Positions 9,501 to 18,284 of a stretch of DNA of 64,000 bases are shown here, one piece after another (position 1 is the first letter of the stretch; every line of letters begins with the position of its first letter). The DNA lies in NCBI GenBank assembly GCA_029260765.1, contig JAJDCP010000125.1, forward strand, positions 1,863 to 65,862, read 5' to 3'. Both the position numbers and the translations under genes were made by a program. The notes below the pieces were generated by a model. That model was not told the origin of the DNA and ran no database searches. It saw only the letters and a program-made list of their open reading frames with translations. Source of the DNA: Planctomycetota bacterium (GTDB lineage: Bacteria > Planctomycetota > J058 > JAJDCP01).

Positions 9501-10104
9501 GCGCGGCGTAGTCCCAGGCCTCATCCCAGGTGACCCGCACGAAGGTGTCGTTGCCGCGGTTGTCGAACTTGTAACGGCTACGCAGCGCCGGCGTGTCCGA
9601 GAGTGACGGAAAGCCCGCGTCCGCCCAGGCCTTCCAGCCCGCCCGCACCACCGGTCCACGCAGGCGGTAGGGTCCGTAGACGCGGCGTTGGAAGGTGAAG
9701 CCCTTCAGGCAACCGCGGGGGTTCCACGTCTGAGTCGCCCGGTTGCCGTACATGTCGCCGATACGGGCATGGTCGTAGTTCTGTTCGCTGCGGATCATGA
9801 CGCCGTTGCGTTCGAACGCCCGCATGCGGCACATGTGGGTGTCGTTGGGCGCGCAGATCCAGGTGAAGGTCCGGTCGAACTTGTACTGGTCGCGGTAGAC
9901 CTTCTCCCAGTCTCTTGCTGGGTAGTGCTTCAGGGGGTTGTCGATGCCGGGAATGATGCCCTGGGCGTACAGCAGCTTGCTCGGATCGAGCGCTGCCGCC
10001 AGGGTTCCCGCCGTGAACAACTTGAGGAAATTGCGCCTCGAGAAGCTCCCGCGCTGCGGGCCTGAGACTTCCCCTTGACCGTCCGAACGTCTGCCTTCTG
10101 CCAT
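6583..10104 (-). CDS. nxrA: Tat-exported DMSO-reductase type II molybdoenzyme alpha subunit, Nitrospira/anammox NXR type
   Basis: Twin-arginine SRRNFLK, 'YPARDWEKVYRDQY', FS0 motif CAPNDTHMC...RGC, Mo-ligand region YTWRGDQ, 'GKNLIENKMPESHW', 'TPKSRHSVHSSW'. AGAGG RBS. Confidence 0.93.
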   Translation of the reverse strand: MAEGRRSDGQGEVSGPQRGSFSRRNFLKLFTAGTLAAALDPSKLLYAQGIIPGIDNPLKHYPARDWEKVYRDQYKFDRTFTWICAPNDTHMCRMRAFERNGVMIRSEQNYDHARIGDMYGNRATQTWNPRGCLKGFTFQRRVYGPYRLRGPVVRAGWKAWADAGFPSLSDTPALRSRYKFDNRGNDTFVRVTWDEAWDYAARGLLAVARTYSDDEGKRRLLADGYDPLMFEHWHGAGTRTMKIGSSLPIHGLVGKFGLFRFANMTGLIDHHARGASHDEAQGAREWTEYTWRGDQAPGQPFVHGLQTSDIDMADHRFTKLSIQIGKNLIENKMPESHWLTEIMERGGKIVVIAPDYSAPAAKSDYWIACRPGLSDTSILLGVSKILMDNHWIDETFVKSFTDLPLLVRTDTLRRLRPEEVIAGYKNADLRDGPSVKIQGLTAEQRERIGDFTIWDAEAGKVVAVSRENVGVHANLNAALTGAYTVTLLDGQEIEVMPAYEMYTRHLADYTLPVVQEISGAEPELVARLARDIWETTKAGHPVALHHGEGTNHYFHATLHNRACHLPLMLTGNFGKHGAGVFTWAGNYKGALFQASPWTGPGVGSYTHEDPFAPILDPDIRMTHEHLHNFTYGEDVAFWGNGDKPLVVDTPKGRKCFTGKSHMPTPTKMMWYNNANLINQSKWIYNLIVNIFPKIDMIVDQQVEWTGSAEYADVVLPANSWVEFEDLEIGGSCSNPFLQMWGGTGIKPVHDSRDDAEIFAGVGRALTKLTDDQRFADYWKFVTEKNSKVYIQRVLDNCTTTRGDDGPYLVDKLLAGDYGGQPGSALMLFRTYPRVPFFEQIEDSIPFYTDHGRLSAYCDLPEVISYGENLMVHREGPEATPYLPNVIVSSSIYVRPDDFGIPATAMDPDLRTIRNLKLPWDEVKKTSNPLWAQGFRFFCSTPKSRHSVHSSWSVTDWNWVWSTSFSDVRRRDKRSPGVSDRQIQMNPQAGKDLGFHEGDYVHVDANPLDRPFVGWEQDYTRAKAFRCRVRVKFNPSLPYGMTIMKHTGWIATERTVRAHEERADGLALSSDTGYQSSYRYGSHQSITRSWMMPMHQTDSLFHKDTGGMKFVFGFAVDNHGVNTVPKETLVRISKAEDGGLDGDGVWTPATTGTSPGKESEAMLKYIAGTYVEVD

Positions 10105-10228
10105 GGCGGTGCGACCTCTCTGGTTGCTGGAATCGCATCAGTCCTCCTGGGCCAGCTGCCGGGCAAACAAGTTGTCCGCTCGCCAGCAAGATCGTCCAAG
10201 AGTTCGATGTCTGAAGAGACCACAGCAC

Positions 10229-10246
10229 ACTTACAGGCGACTTACA
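10229..10246 (-). promoter_or_regulatory. Candidate operator for the adjacent wHTH-BTAD regulator
   Basis: Perfect heptamer direct repeat TGTAAGT-N4-TGTAAGT (11-bp period) about 125 bp upstream of nxrA. Confidence 0.55.
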
Positions 10247-10301
10247 CGCCGCCTGGCAAGGGTCTGCTGAGTGGGGGGTTGGAAACAGGGAGTGGCGGCA
10301 G

Positions 10302-12074
10302 CTACCGCATTGGGCTGGGCATTGCAGGTAGGGCGTGGGGACCTAAGTTTTTCTCCAGAATCTGCAGGAAGAAACCCCATTGCTCTTCGGCCTCTCCACA
10401 GCGGCCCAGGGCGCGGAGAGTCGTGACCAGCCGCCGGTTGAGGTCTTCCCTTTGCGGGTCCAGCTGCAAGGCGCGCTGCAGAGTACGCACGGCCAGCTCC
10501 AGCTCACCGCGACCGCAACGCAAATCGGCGAGGTCTTTCAACGCGGTCAGGCAAGAGCGGTGGAGCTCGCGCCGTTCGAGCAGGCACCAGTCGGCGTAGG
10601 GGTCGTCGGCGAACAGCTCGCCACGGTAGAGGTCGACCGCCTGCTCGAGTGCGACGATCCGCTGCGCAGCGGGCAACGCCGTGTCGTGGGCGGTGCGCAA
10701 AAACCCTCGGAAGTCGTACAGATCGACCCGATGCGGGGTCTGTGTGTTGAAGGAGTAGAGGCTGCCCTGGTTGCAGATGTGGCGCCAGCGGCCCTTGCCC
10801 ATTTCGGGCTCGATCACGCTTCGCAAGGCGTGGACTACTCCATACAGCCGGTTCCTGCCAGCGCTCGGCTTCACACCCGGCCAGAGGAACTCGATCAGGA
10901 CATCCCGATCGAGAGCGGAGCCGGAGTGCAGCACCAACAACTTCAGCAGAGGCAGCGCCTGGCGTCGCGGAAACGCAGACGCAGGAAGGCGACGACCAGC
11001 GAAGCTGATCTCGAAGTCTCCGAAACAGCGGAGCTGCAGCGCGGGCGCGGACTCTAGCAGCGCGGGGCCGCGGGAGTTGGGGGGCGCGGGCACGCGATGA
11101 TCCTGCAACACCGCGGCCAGCTCGTCGGCCATCATCCGCAGAGGGATGAGTTTGCGTGTCATCGGTCGGGGCACGTTCTCGGGATAATCGAGCAGGAGGG
11201 CTCCCAGCAACTCGCCACCCGCCATCAGCGGCAGGCAAGAGCTGCCCGCCGCCAGCCGTGGCGGACGCGTGCAGCTCTCCGGCCAGTTTTCCTGGCTGCG
11301 GTCCAACAGAGCGGTGCGTCCCTGCTTCAGCCAGGTGCAGGTGAGCACGCATTCACAGGTCGGGGCTCCGCGTCGGCGAAAGACTGTATCCTGTTTGCTG
11401 GAGAGCTCGAAGATGCCCGAATTGTCGGGGCTTTTGAGTGCCAGTGTGCTCAGCGAGGTGCCGGCGACCCGTTGGATCTGTTGCAACGTGCGCCGCAGGC
11501 GGTGATCCAACCGACCATCGCCCGTGATCGAGTGGCAGACGGCCTCGCGCAGAGATCCAAACTGTGCAGCCAGCGTTGTGCTGATCGAGCCGGTCACGAG
11601 CTGGAGCAAGCGCATGGCTCTCAGCAGCGGCGCATGGGAGTCGTGCCAGGTCAGGTGCAGAGAGCCCAGGATTCTCCCTTGGCTGATCAGGGGAGCGCAG
11701 GCATAGGCTTGCACGCCACAGTCCTTGACCGCCTGCCGCACGTACCGGGTGTCCCCCTGCAGCTGGCAGGTCGTGAGTCCCTTCCGATCTCGTGTCACAA
11801 TCCCGGGAAAGCCGACTCCGGGCGCGAAACGCAGCGTCGAGAGCAGCTGGGGACGGTCGCGCCCCTGGCAGTCCCACAGCAGCAAGTCTCCGCTGCTGGG
11901 CTCCACCAGGAAGATCTCCCAGGCATCGGCTCGCAGCGCCTGCACGAGGCAGTCCAGTGCGCGGACGAGCCCCTCCTCGGGTCGCCCTGAGGCGAGCGCC
12001 CAGGCGATGGAGCCGAGCAGCGGCAGATCTTCGGCTGCCGGTTCGACACTTGGTTGGTCCAGGGCATCTGGCAT
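10302..12074 (-). CDS. GAF-GAF / OmpR-type wHTH / BTAD (SARP-like) transcriptional activator
   Basis: GAF 'FAPGVGFPGIV...ACAPLISQGRILGSL'; wHTH 'LRCFGDFEI...LLKLL...DRDVLIEFLWP'; BTAD 'AVDLYRGELFADDPYADWC..ER'. Start could be 12104. Confidence 0.85.
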   Translation of the reverse strand: MPDALDQPSVEPAAEDLPLLGSIAWALASGRPEEGLVRALDCLVQALRADAWEIFLVEPSSGDLLLWDCQGRDRPQLLSTLRFAPGVGFPGIVTRDRKGLTTCQLQGDTRYVRQAVKDCGVQAYACAPLISQGRILGSLHLTWHDSHAPLLRAMRLLQLVTGSISTTLAAQFGSLREAVCHSITGDGRLDHRLRRTLQQIQRVAGTSLSTLALKSPDNSGIFELSSKQDTVFRRRGAPTCECVLTCTWLKQGRTALLDRSQENWPESCTRPPRLAAGSSCLPLMAGGELLGALLLDYPENVPRPMTRKLIPLRMMADELAAVLQDHRVPAPPNSRGPALLESAPALQLRCFGDFEISFAGRRLPASAFPRRQALPLLKLLVLHSGSALDRDVLIEFLWPGVKPSAGRNRLYGVVHALRSVIEPEMGKGRWRHICNQGSLYSFNTQTPHRVDLYDFRGFLRTAHDTALPAAQRIVALEQAVDLYRGELFADDPYADWCLLERRELHRSCLTALKDLADLRCGRGELELAVRTLQRALQLDPQREDLNRRLVTTLRALGRCGEAEEQWGFFLQILEKNLGPHALPAMPSPMR

Positions 12075-12347
12075 GATGTTCCGATGCGAGTACGGGGCTG
12101 CCAACCTCCAAGGCTTCAGTGTTTAAGGTATCACAACCGTCGTGGACCGGAAACTGGAGTCTGCTGGATTGCGGCCAGGGAGGGCCAAGAATGCGGGGAC
12201 AGGGCCGTTGACCCAAGCCTTCATGCTTGGGCGCTACGTACACGCTTGTTCGGGGAGCCGCGTCGCCGCGCTCCTGCTCCATGCTCACGGTCTGCCCGGC
12301 CGGCAGCAGCGATGCCACGGGCAGCGACGATTGTCGCGCCCGGGCGC

Positions 12348-12782
12348 TCAGCCGTAGTGTTTCTTGTAGTTCTCGAAGGTGGAGGCTCGTTGAGCGATCG
12401 CACGGAACAACCTCGTCACCTTCCCCGCCGCTCCCCCACGCCAGAGCTTGTGCTTGATCTTGTCCCCGACATTGCTGAGGAAAGGACCGACGTTCTTGGC
12501 GATCACTTGTCGCAGCTTGTTTGACTTCACAAGCGCCAGTTGCCTGCGGAAGGCCGCCGTGTCCCTCTTGAAGGCCTGCTTTCGGGTAGCGATCTCACCC
12601 TGCTTGTCAGCCGAGAAGGAAGCTTCAGGGTTCAAGCGGCCTGCTTTGCCGGTCAGTTGCTTCAATCTGCGGTAGTGATCAGCCAGACCTTTGGCATAGA
12701 ACTCAAGGATCTTCAGCGCGAGCTGGTCGGCTTTCCAAGCCGGAAGCAGGCGTTGGTCCTGGGCATTCTTGGTATCTGTCAT
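12348..12782 (-). CDS. Hypothetical basic helical protein
   Basis: Lys-rich ORF from MTDTKNAQ with coding-like GC3 bias; no recognisable motif. Confidence 0.55.
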   Translation of the reverse strand: MTDTKNAQDQRLLPAWKADQLALKILEFYAKGLADHYRRLKQLTGKAGRLNPEASFSADKQGEIATRKQAFKRDTAAFRRQLALVKSNKLRQVIAKNVGPFLSNVGDKIKHKLWRGGAAGKVTRLFRAIAQRASTFENYKKHYG

Positions 12783-12927
12783 CGTCGCCTCGGCGCACGT
12801 GGATTCTGTGATGATAGCGGGCGGAGGTCCACTAGATGACTCTCGACAGATTTCGGCTGCCGTTTGACGCGAGAAGGGCACGAACCTTGCTTGCGGCGTC
12901 GCAGCTCCCCCGGTTGCGGGCTATGCG

Positions 12928-13900
12928 TCATTCCAGGCCGGTGTAGCTGATCGTCCGGCCATCGACCTGCAGGCTGCCGTCGTGGGCGTTGCTGAACGTG
13001 AAGCTCTGGGTCGTCGCGCTGCCCCCTGTGATCGACAGGGAATCCCCATCGGGGCTCGTCGTCTGATCCCCACCGTCGAACACGACGTCGTGGCTGAATG
13101 CCGTCGTGAATTCCAGGGGCAGGCTGTCGTCCCCGGCTTGGCCAGCGACCATGATCTGTGGCCCGGTGACGGCGCTCAGAGGGATGCCCACGGTGCTGGT
13201 GCCGTCGCCTGTCGCGCCAGCGATGCTGGTCGTGAGGATGTTGCCGTTGTCGTCGCTGATCAGGACTTGACCGGCGGCGACGGCGATCGTCCAGCTGTCG
13301 TCGGTGTCCGCGCCGTCGAGGACGAGGTTGCCACTGCCGTCGAGGCTTACCTCCGAGCTGGGGGGTCACGGGCACTGTCAATGTGACGTCGTTGCCATCC
13401 CCCCCCTGGTAGCTGACAACAGCACTGAAGTTGTTGACGCTGACCGCGGCCCCTTCTGCCAGGCCGCTGAAGGTACCCGCGACAGCCTCCGTGCCATCGT
13501 TGGCGATGATGGTCAGGACCTCTCCGCCGCTGGGTGCGACCGCTCCCCCGTCGAGGACGAGGTTGCCGCCCAGGGTGACAGTGCCGGTCACGTTGAGCTG
13601 GTCGTAGTCGGTGCCTGCGATCAGGTAGGGGCTGTTGAGCTCGATGTTCAGGGTCGAGCCCGCCAACAGACTCACGTCGCCCGTGTTCAGAATGCCGGGA
13701 CTGAGCCCGGGTGCCAGGCCCGTGCCGCTGTTGAGGGTCAAGCTGCCGTCGACCACCCCGATTCCCTTCGCGGTGGCTCCCGACGCTGCTGCGAGCACGA
13801 AATTGCCCGTGAAGACGTCGCTTGCCGAGTCTCCAAAGACGACATCGGCAGTGAGCACGACGGCGCCTGATTGGCCAGCCACGAAGTCGAGGTCCTGATC
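12928..13900 (-). pseudogene. Frameshifted fragment of a large extracellular adhesin / autotransporter-like repeat protein
   Basis: 'LAPGLSPGILNTGD...YDQLNVTGTVTLGG...GTFSGLAEG...SYQGGDGNDVTL' shifts frame at the G6 run (13360-13365) into 'EVSLDGSGNL...DGRTISYTGLE*'. Both ends look truncated. Confidence 0.75.
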
Positions 13901-14670
13901 TCCCCGGCCCACGGTAGGCGCCGTTGGGGCGTCGAGAAGCCACTGTGGCAGGTTCAGGCGCAGATCGTGACCCACAATATCCGCGCACGCCATGTGCAGG
14001 CACAATGAGGCAAGAACAACCGCTTGTAGAGCTTTCCAGGGCATGACGGGTCCTCTCCGGGTCAGTACAAGACAGGCAGGCTGCCGAGGATACCGGATCG
14101 TGCCTGCAGATCAACACGCAGCAGATCCTCTCGCTGATGGGACGTGTTGGAGAACTGGCACGCCTGCCGCGGCCCCAACATCTCGAGAGCGCGACGGGGG
14201 GGGGACCTGTGCTTCCTGCAAGCAGATGAAGCTGCGCGGCCATCCTTCCGCGCTGGAAGGTGCAGGATCGCATCGGTTTCAACCGCGACCCGTTTCAAGC
14301 CCGGCCAGGGCCTGCAATTCGATGTCGACAACGGGCACGACGAGCTGCCAAGCGCGCGCTTCTTGTTCGGCTCCTTGCAGACCTCTGAGGTGACCCCCAG
14401 CAAAGGGCTGAGCCGCAAGCTCAAGGGCCATCCCCGCGCCCTGAGCCTCTTGCAATAGCCTGGCGGCGTCCTAGCGCGCCAGAATCGAAGCCCGGCCACT
14501 CTCGAGTGCGCGTAACTACCCCTTGGAACACCAAACCGTCCAAGTCTCGGCTCCGCCGTGACCCGGTAGAGGTCTCCCGGCGACGGCGAGCAGCTGCGAT
14601 CAAAAAAAAGATGCACGAATCCCTGGTTGTGCCGGCTATTTACTTTGTAAACACAATTCAGGATACTGCT

Positions 14671-15603
14671 ATGACGCGCCGATTTGCTGGCTTCCTGGTG
14701 CTTCTCGCCTTGGCTTCGCTGGGCCTGCTGTTCAGTAGCGACCCGTTGACTGCCGGTCCCCCCCGGGCAGCTTCTCCGTCCAGAGATCTCCAGCACGAGG
14801 CCAGTCCCTCGCTGGACCTGGAATGTCCGCTCGCCTCGAACCCCACGGCGCCCACCGGCCCGCGGCACACAGCCAGGCCTCCGTCTGGTCTCGTCGAGAC
14901 TGTCGCACAAGCGACGGGCTCCGGTCCACAACACATCACGGCCGAAGAGGGCGCATCGCGGCTGGCCGATATTCTGGCCGCGGCGGACCGCAGCGCGGAC
15001 GTGCTCGCACTGGGCCGCGCCGTGGCCCAGGACGAGACCATGCTTGAGCTGTTGGTGGTGCAAGCCCGACGCATGCTTGCCGCAGGCGAAGGGCTGGTAC
15101 GGACGCGTGGCGTGTTGATCCTCGCTGCCCTCGGGCAGATCGATAGCCAGGACTGGTACCGTCACATTCTGGCGGAACCCGACGCCGAGGCGCGCGCACG
15201 GCTGGTCGCCTCACCGCCGTTCATCGCTGCCGACCCGGTGGCGACGCGCGGGAGCCTGCTCGAGCTGGCGCTCCACGATCCGGCTGCGGCGGTCCGCGAG
15301 GCGGCTGTTGTCAGCCTTCCGGCGGGCCTGACAGCGACGGAAACCGACGTGCTGCTCGGGATACTGCGGAGCGATCGCGAGCCCATGGTCCGCCTGCGCG
15401 CGTTGGCCTACTTTCGCGGCGCCAGCGACAACGAAGCCGAGGCGTTGACGATCCTGCTCGAGACGACCCGCAACGCCGAACAGCCCGATGAGGTTCGCCG
15501 TGCCGCCGCCTACCACCTGCTCGAGCTCGAAGATGGGCTGGCAGCTGCCGGGGCGAGCAGTGAAGAGCTACATGCCCTGCTTTTGGCCTTCGACACAGAA
15601 TAG
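14671..15603 (+). CDS. Exported HEAT-repeat protein
   Basis: N-terminal hydrophobic signal, Pro-rich linker, HEAT-like units 'HDPAAAVREAAV', 'SDREPMVRLRAL', 'PDEVRRAAA'. Confidence 0.75.
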   Translation: MTRRFAGFLVLLALASLGLLFSSDPLTAGPPRAASPSRDLQHEASPSLDLECPLASNPTAPTGPRHTARPPSGLVETVAQATGSGPQHITAEEGASRLADILAAADRSADVLALGRAVAQDETMLELLVVQARRMLAAGEGLVRTRGVLILAALGQIDSQDWYRHILAEPDAEARARLVASPPFIAADPVATRGSLLELALHDPAAAVREAAVVSLPAGLTATETDVLLGILRSDREPMVRLRALAYFRGASDNEAEALTILLETTRNAEQPDEVRRAAAYHLLELEDGLAAAGASSEELHALLLAFDTE

Positions 15604-15625
15604 TCACACCATGGGAGGAAAACCG

Positions 15626-16324
15626 ATGTCACTACGCGCTCGAACCCCTGTCGGCTCGATGCTGATCTTCGTCAGTGTCTGCCTGAGCCTCAGCTCCTGC
15701 GCCAGCCAGATCCAAGGGATGGTGCAGGCAGAGTTGAACAAATACTGGTCTCAACCCGCCAAGAAGGCTGCCTTTCAGTCCCAGGCCAAAACCCAGCTCC
15801 ACGCAGCTCTCAAAGGCTATCTGGTTGGCCAGGAGTTCGACATCAAGGGCCCAAATCCCTACGTAAAGCGAATCAAGCAGACGGTCGTCAACGTCGGCAC
15901 GGTCGCACCGGACTTCGAGGTGCTCGGCAACGTCCAGCTCACCCAGACGGGCAACTTCCACTACGGTCTGTTCGACTGGCAGGCCCACTGGGAGCCGGGC
16001 AACGGGGCGCGTCTGGTCATCAAGCTCGAGCTCAAGAGCCACGCCTGGTATCTGTTCAAGGAGTACCCCGATCACAAGGTCACGGTCAAGAACATCGACG
16101 CCGTGCTTACGGGCTCTGCGGTCGTCATGGTTCCAGCCAGCTTGGACCACGCAGATGTCACCGTCACCGTCGACAGCGCGGCCATTGACCTCAGGGCGGA
16201 AGCCAAAGGCTGGTTCTGGACGATCAACATCAGCAACCAGATCAAGAGCAAGGTGCGCGACCTGGTACTACGGGAGGTGATTGGCAAGGCCATCGAGCGT
16301 GGCTTTGACGCCGCTTTGCCCTGA
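15626..16324 (+). CDS. Lipoprotein, possibly SMP/TULIP-like fold
   Basis: GGAGG RBS, lipobox LSSC, helix / long beta region / helix pattern. The fold is inference (see findings). Confidence 0.7.
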   Translation: MSLRARTPVGSMLIFVSVCLSLSSCASQIQGMVQAELNKYWSQPAKKAAFQSQAKTQLHAALKGYLVGQEFDIKGPNPYVKRIKQTVVNVGTVAPDFEVLGNVQLTQTGNFHYGLFDWQAHWEPGNGARLVIKLELKSHAWYLFKEYPDHKVTVKNIDAVLTGSAVVMVPASLDHADVTVTVDSAAIDLRAEAKGWFWTINISNQIKSKVRDLVLREVIGKAIERGFDAALP

Positions 16325-16349
16325 GCGCGCCTGAGGTGCAGGGATGGCC

Positions 16350-16540
16350 GACTCCCCGGGGTGATGGGAGCCGTCTACGAAGCGCGGCAAGCGAGTTTCG
16401 AGCGGCGGATCGAGGTCAAGCTTCTGCACCCTGCGCAGGCAAAGCAGCGCGCAGTTCCTGACCGAAGCGGTCTGCCCAAGCAGGCGCGAACACCCGAACA
16501 TCGTCTCGGTCCACGGCCTGGGTCAGACTGAAGCCGGTGA
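16350..16540 (+). pseudogene. Remnant of a Ser/Thr kinase N-lobe
   Basis: Reads 'GVMGAVYEARQASFERRIEVKLLHP', then after a frameshift 'QFLTEAV...EHPNIVSVHGLGQTEAG'. No catalytic lobe follows. Confidence 0.7.
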
Positions 16541-16573
16541 CGCCTCGATGCCGTCCATGGTCTACTACCAGCT

Positions 16574-17182
16574 ATGGATGGGCCTATCTGCGCCCTAACA
16601 GACCTGCACCCGGGCAACGGCGGACCCCTGGACCGCTTTGGCCATGACGGGGCCCTGTTCCTGCGCCTGCTGGATGACCTCGAAGCGAGGTACAGCCCAA
16701 TTCTGGTGTTCGGAGACGTCTTCGAGACCCATCACGGCACCCGCTTCCGCGACTTTTCTGCCGAGCTTGCGCGTTGCCGCGCGGCCCATCCTCGCATCGC
16801 CCCGCGTCTCGCCGGCCTCGCCTACATCCATTTGTATGGCAACCATGACGAAGTCCGCGCCCACAACGCTGGTGTGCCTGCCAGACTGCGGCTGGATTGT
16901 GGTGCAACACGTTGGCTCTGTATCCACGGTCACCAAGTCGACGGGCCGGTCTGGAACCTGCCGCGTTTGGCACAATTCAGCTCATGGGTCGCAGCGGCGC
17001 TGGAGCGGCGAGGCGTACCCGGTGTGCTCAGATGCCTCGACCAGATCGACGACCTGTTCTCGGGTCTCGACAGCGCCCCACTGCGATGCCGCTACTCAGG
17101 AGCAGGCCTTCCGCTACCTGCAGCGTGCGGGGGCGGACGTGCTGGACCTGCTGCACCTCGATCACTCTTGAGGCCCCCGTGA
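16574..17182 (+). pseudogene. Metallophosphoesterase (LpxH-like), frameshifted and truncated
   Basis: DLH, GDVFE, GNHD and HGH motifs are present. The frame shifts near 17095 and the terminal GHxH motif is missing in both frames. Confidence 0.65.
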
Positions 17183-17263
17183 GCGCGCTGGGCCAGACTT
17201 GCTGCCGGAATCCTCGCGACAGCTCCTGCAACGCCGCTGTCCTCCATCCTCGAGCCCCGCGGC

Positions 17264-17986
17264 TCAGCGCAGTCGAGGACGCTGGGAGGGCGGACGCTGC
17301 CTGGTGCGGGGCTGCGCGGCCCCGTGTCGGGTGCGCAGGTCGGGCCCCGTGATCACTGTCCCACGCCGCAACCCCAGGGATTTCAGACTCACCCGGTGGC
17401 GCGGCGGGCGGCTCGAGCGGAAGAGGATCTCGTCGCAGCGGCGGACCATGCCCGGGCTCAAGAGCATCGGTGCGGTGTCGGGACGGTAGCCCCCTTTGCT
17501 GAAGCGGAGCGTGTAGTGGCTCCCGCGAGGCTGGTCGATCGCCAGGAAGTAGACGCCGAAGCGGTCCGTAGAGACAGCCCGCGATGTCGGGGAGGATGTG
17601 ATGCGCACGCCGCAAAGGGGCACCCCATCCGGCCCCACAACGAGCCCTGAGAAGCCCGCGCTGCCGGGTTGTCCGTGGGTGCCTCCCGCTCGCTCAGAGC
17701 CGCTGCCCTGGGGCGGAGCCGTCGTCCCGTAGAGCACGAGATCGCAGCTGCGTCGTTGGCCCTGGCCGCGCACCACCACGTCTGCCGTGCTGGGCCGGAA
17801 CCCGGGTTTGTGGGTAAAGACCTCGTAGTGGTTCCCGGCGGGAACGCGCAGAGAGTACGCTCCGCTGGCGCTCGTCCGAACCCGGTAGCTGGCTGGCACC
17901 GTATAGAGCAGCACTCCCGGGATGGGCCGATCATCGAGCGCGGAATAGACCTTTCCTTCGATGAACCCGTACGCGCCACCTGGCAT
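17264..17986 (-). CDS. Protein with two carboxypeptidase-regulatory-like domains
   Basis: 'GKVYSALDDRPIPGV...TSASGAYSL...HKPGFRP' and 'GLVVGPDGVPLCGV...TDRFGVY...SKGGYRP'. AAGGA RBS. Confidence 0.7.
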   Translation of the reverse strand: MPGGAYGFIEGKVYSALDDRPIPGVLLYTVPASYRVRTSASGAYSLRVPAGNHYEVFTHKPGFRPSTADVVVRGQGQRRSCDLVLYGTTAPPQGSGSERAGGTHGQPGSAGFSGLVVGPDGVPLCGVRITSSPTSRAVSTDRFGVYFLAIDQPRGSHYTLRFSKGGYRPDTAPMLLSPGMVRRCDEILFRSSRPPRHRVSLKSLGLRRGTVITGPDLRTRHGAAQPRTRQRPPSQRPRLR

Positions 17987-18284
17987 GCTTGCTTCCTTTC
18001 GCTGCTGTGTTCCAATATCGCGAGGTCCGACCGAACTCGACCCTCGAGAGGTGTGTGCCGGAGCGAAGGCCTGGGAGGCGGAATTCTCTGAAAATTCTCT
18101 CACTGGTCCCTGGCTTCCGTCGATCGCCAGGCTCAGAAGAAACGCAGCGCTGAGCGTGTTGCGACGATCGGGGTGGCGACAGGGGAGATCTCAGGGACCT
18201 TCCCTTGCGCGGCGAAGTATGCAGACGTTTGGTAGCAGGTGTTACGGTCCAGCAGACAGCCTGGCAGGGGGACCCCAGGAGTTC

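Noticed and set aside
2188-9606. Long antisense or alternate-frame ORFs over the nxr operon (2188..4191, 7858..9606), and likewise 34959..37415 and 25916..27538
   Set aside because: Shadow ORFs expected in high-GC DNA; they lack motifs and overlap well-supported genes.
12120-12135. CRP/FNR-like site TGTTT-N6-TCACA upstream of the regulator
   Set aside because: Only one good half-site; could be chance.
12928-12930. TGA after SYTGLE as a second readthrough site
   Set aside because: Downstream sequence does not continue the repeat, and there is no Cys context or hairpin; this is a truncation.
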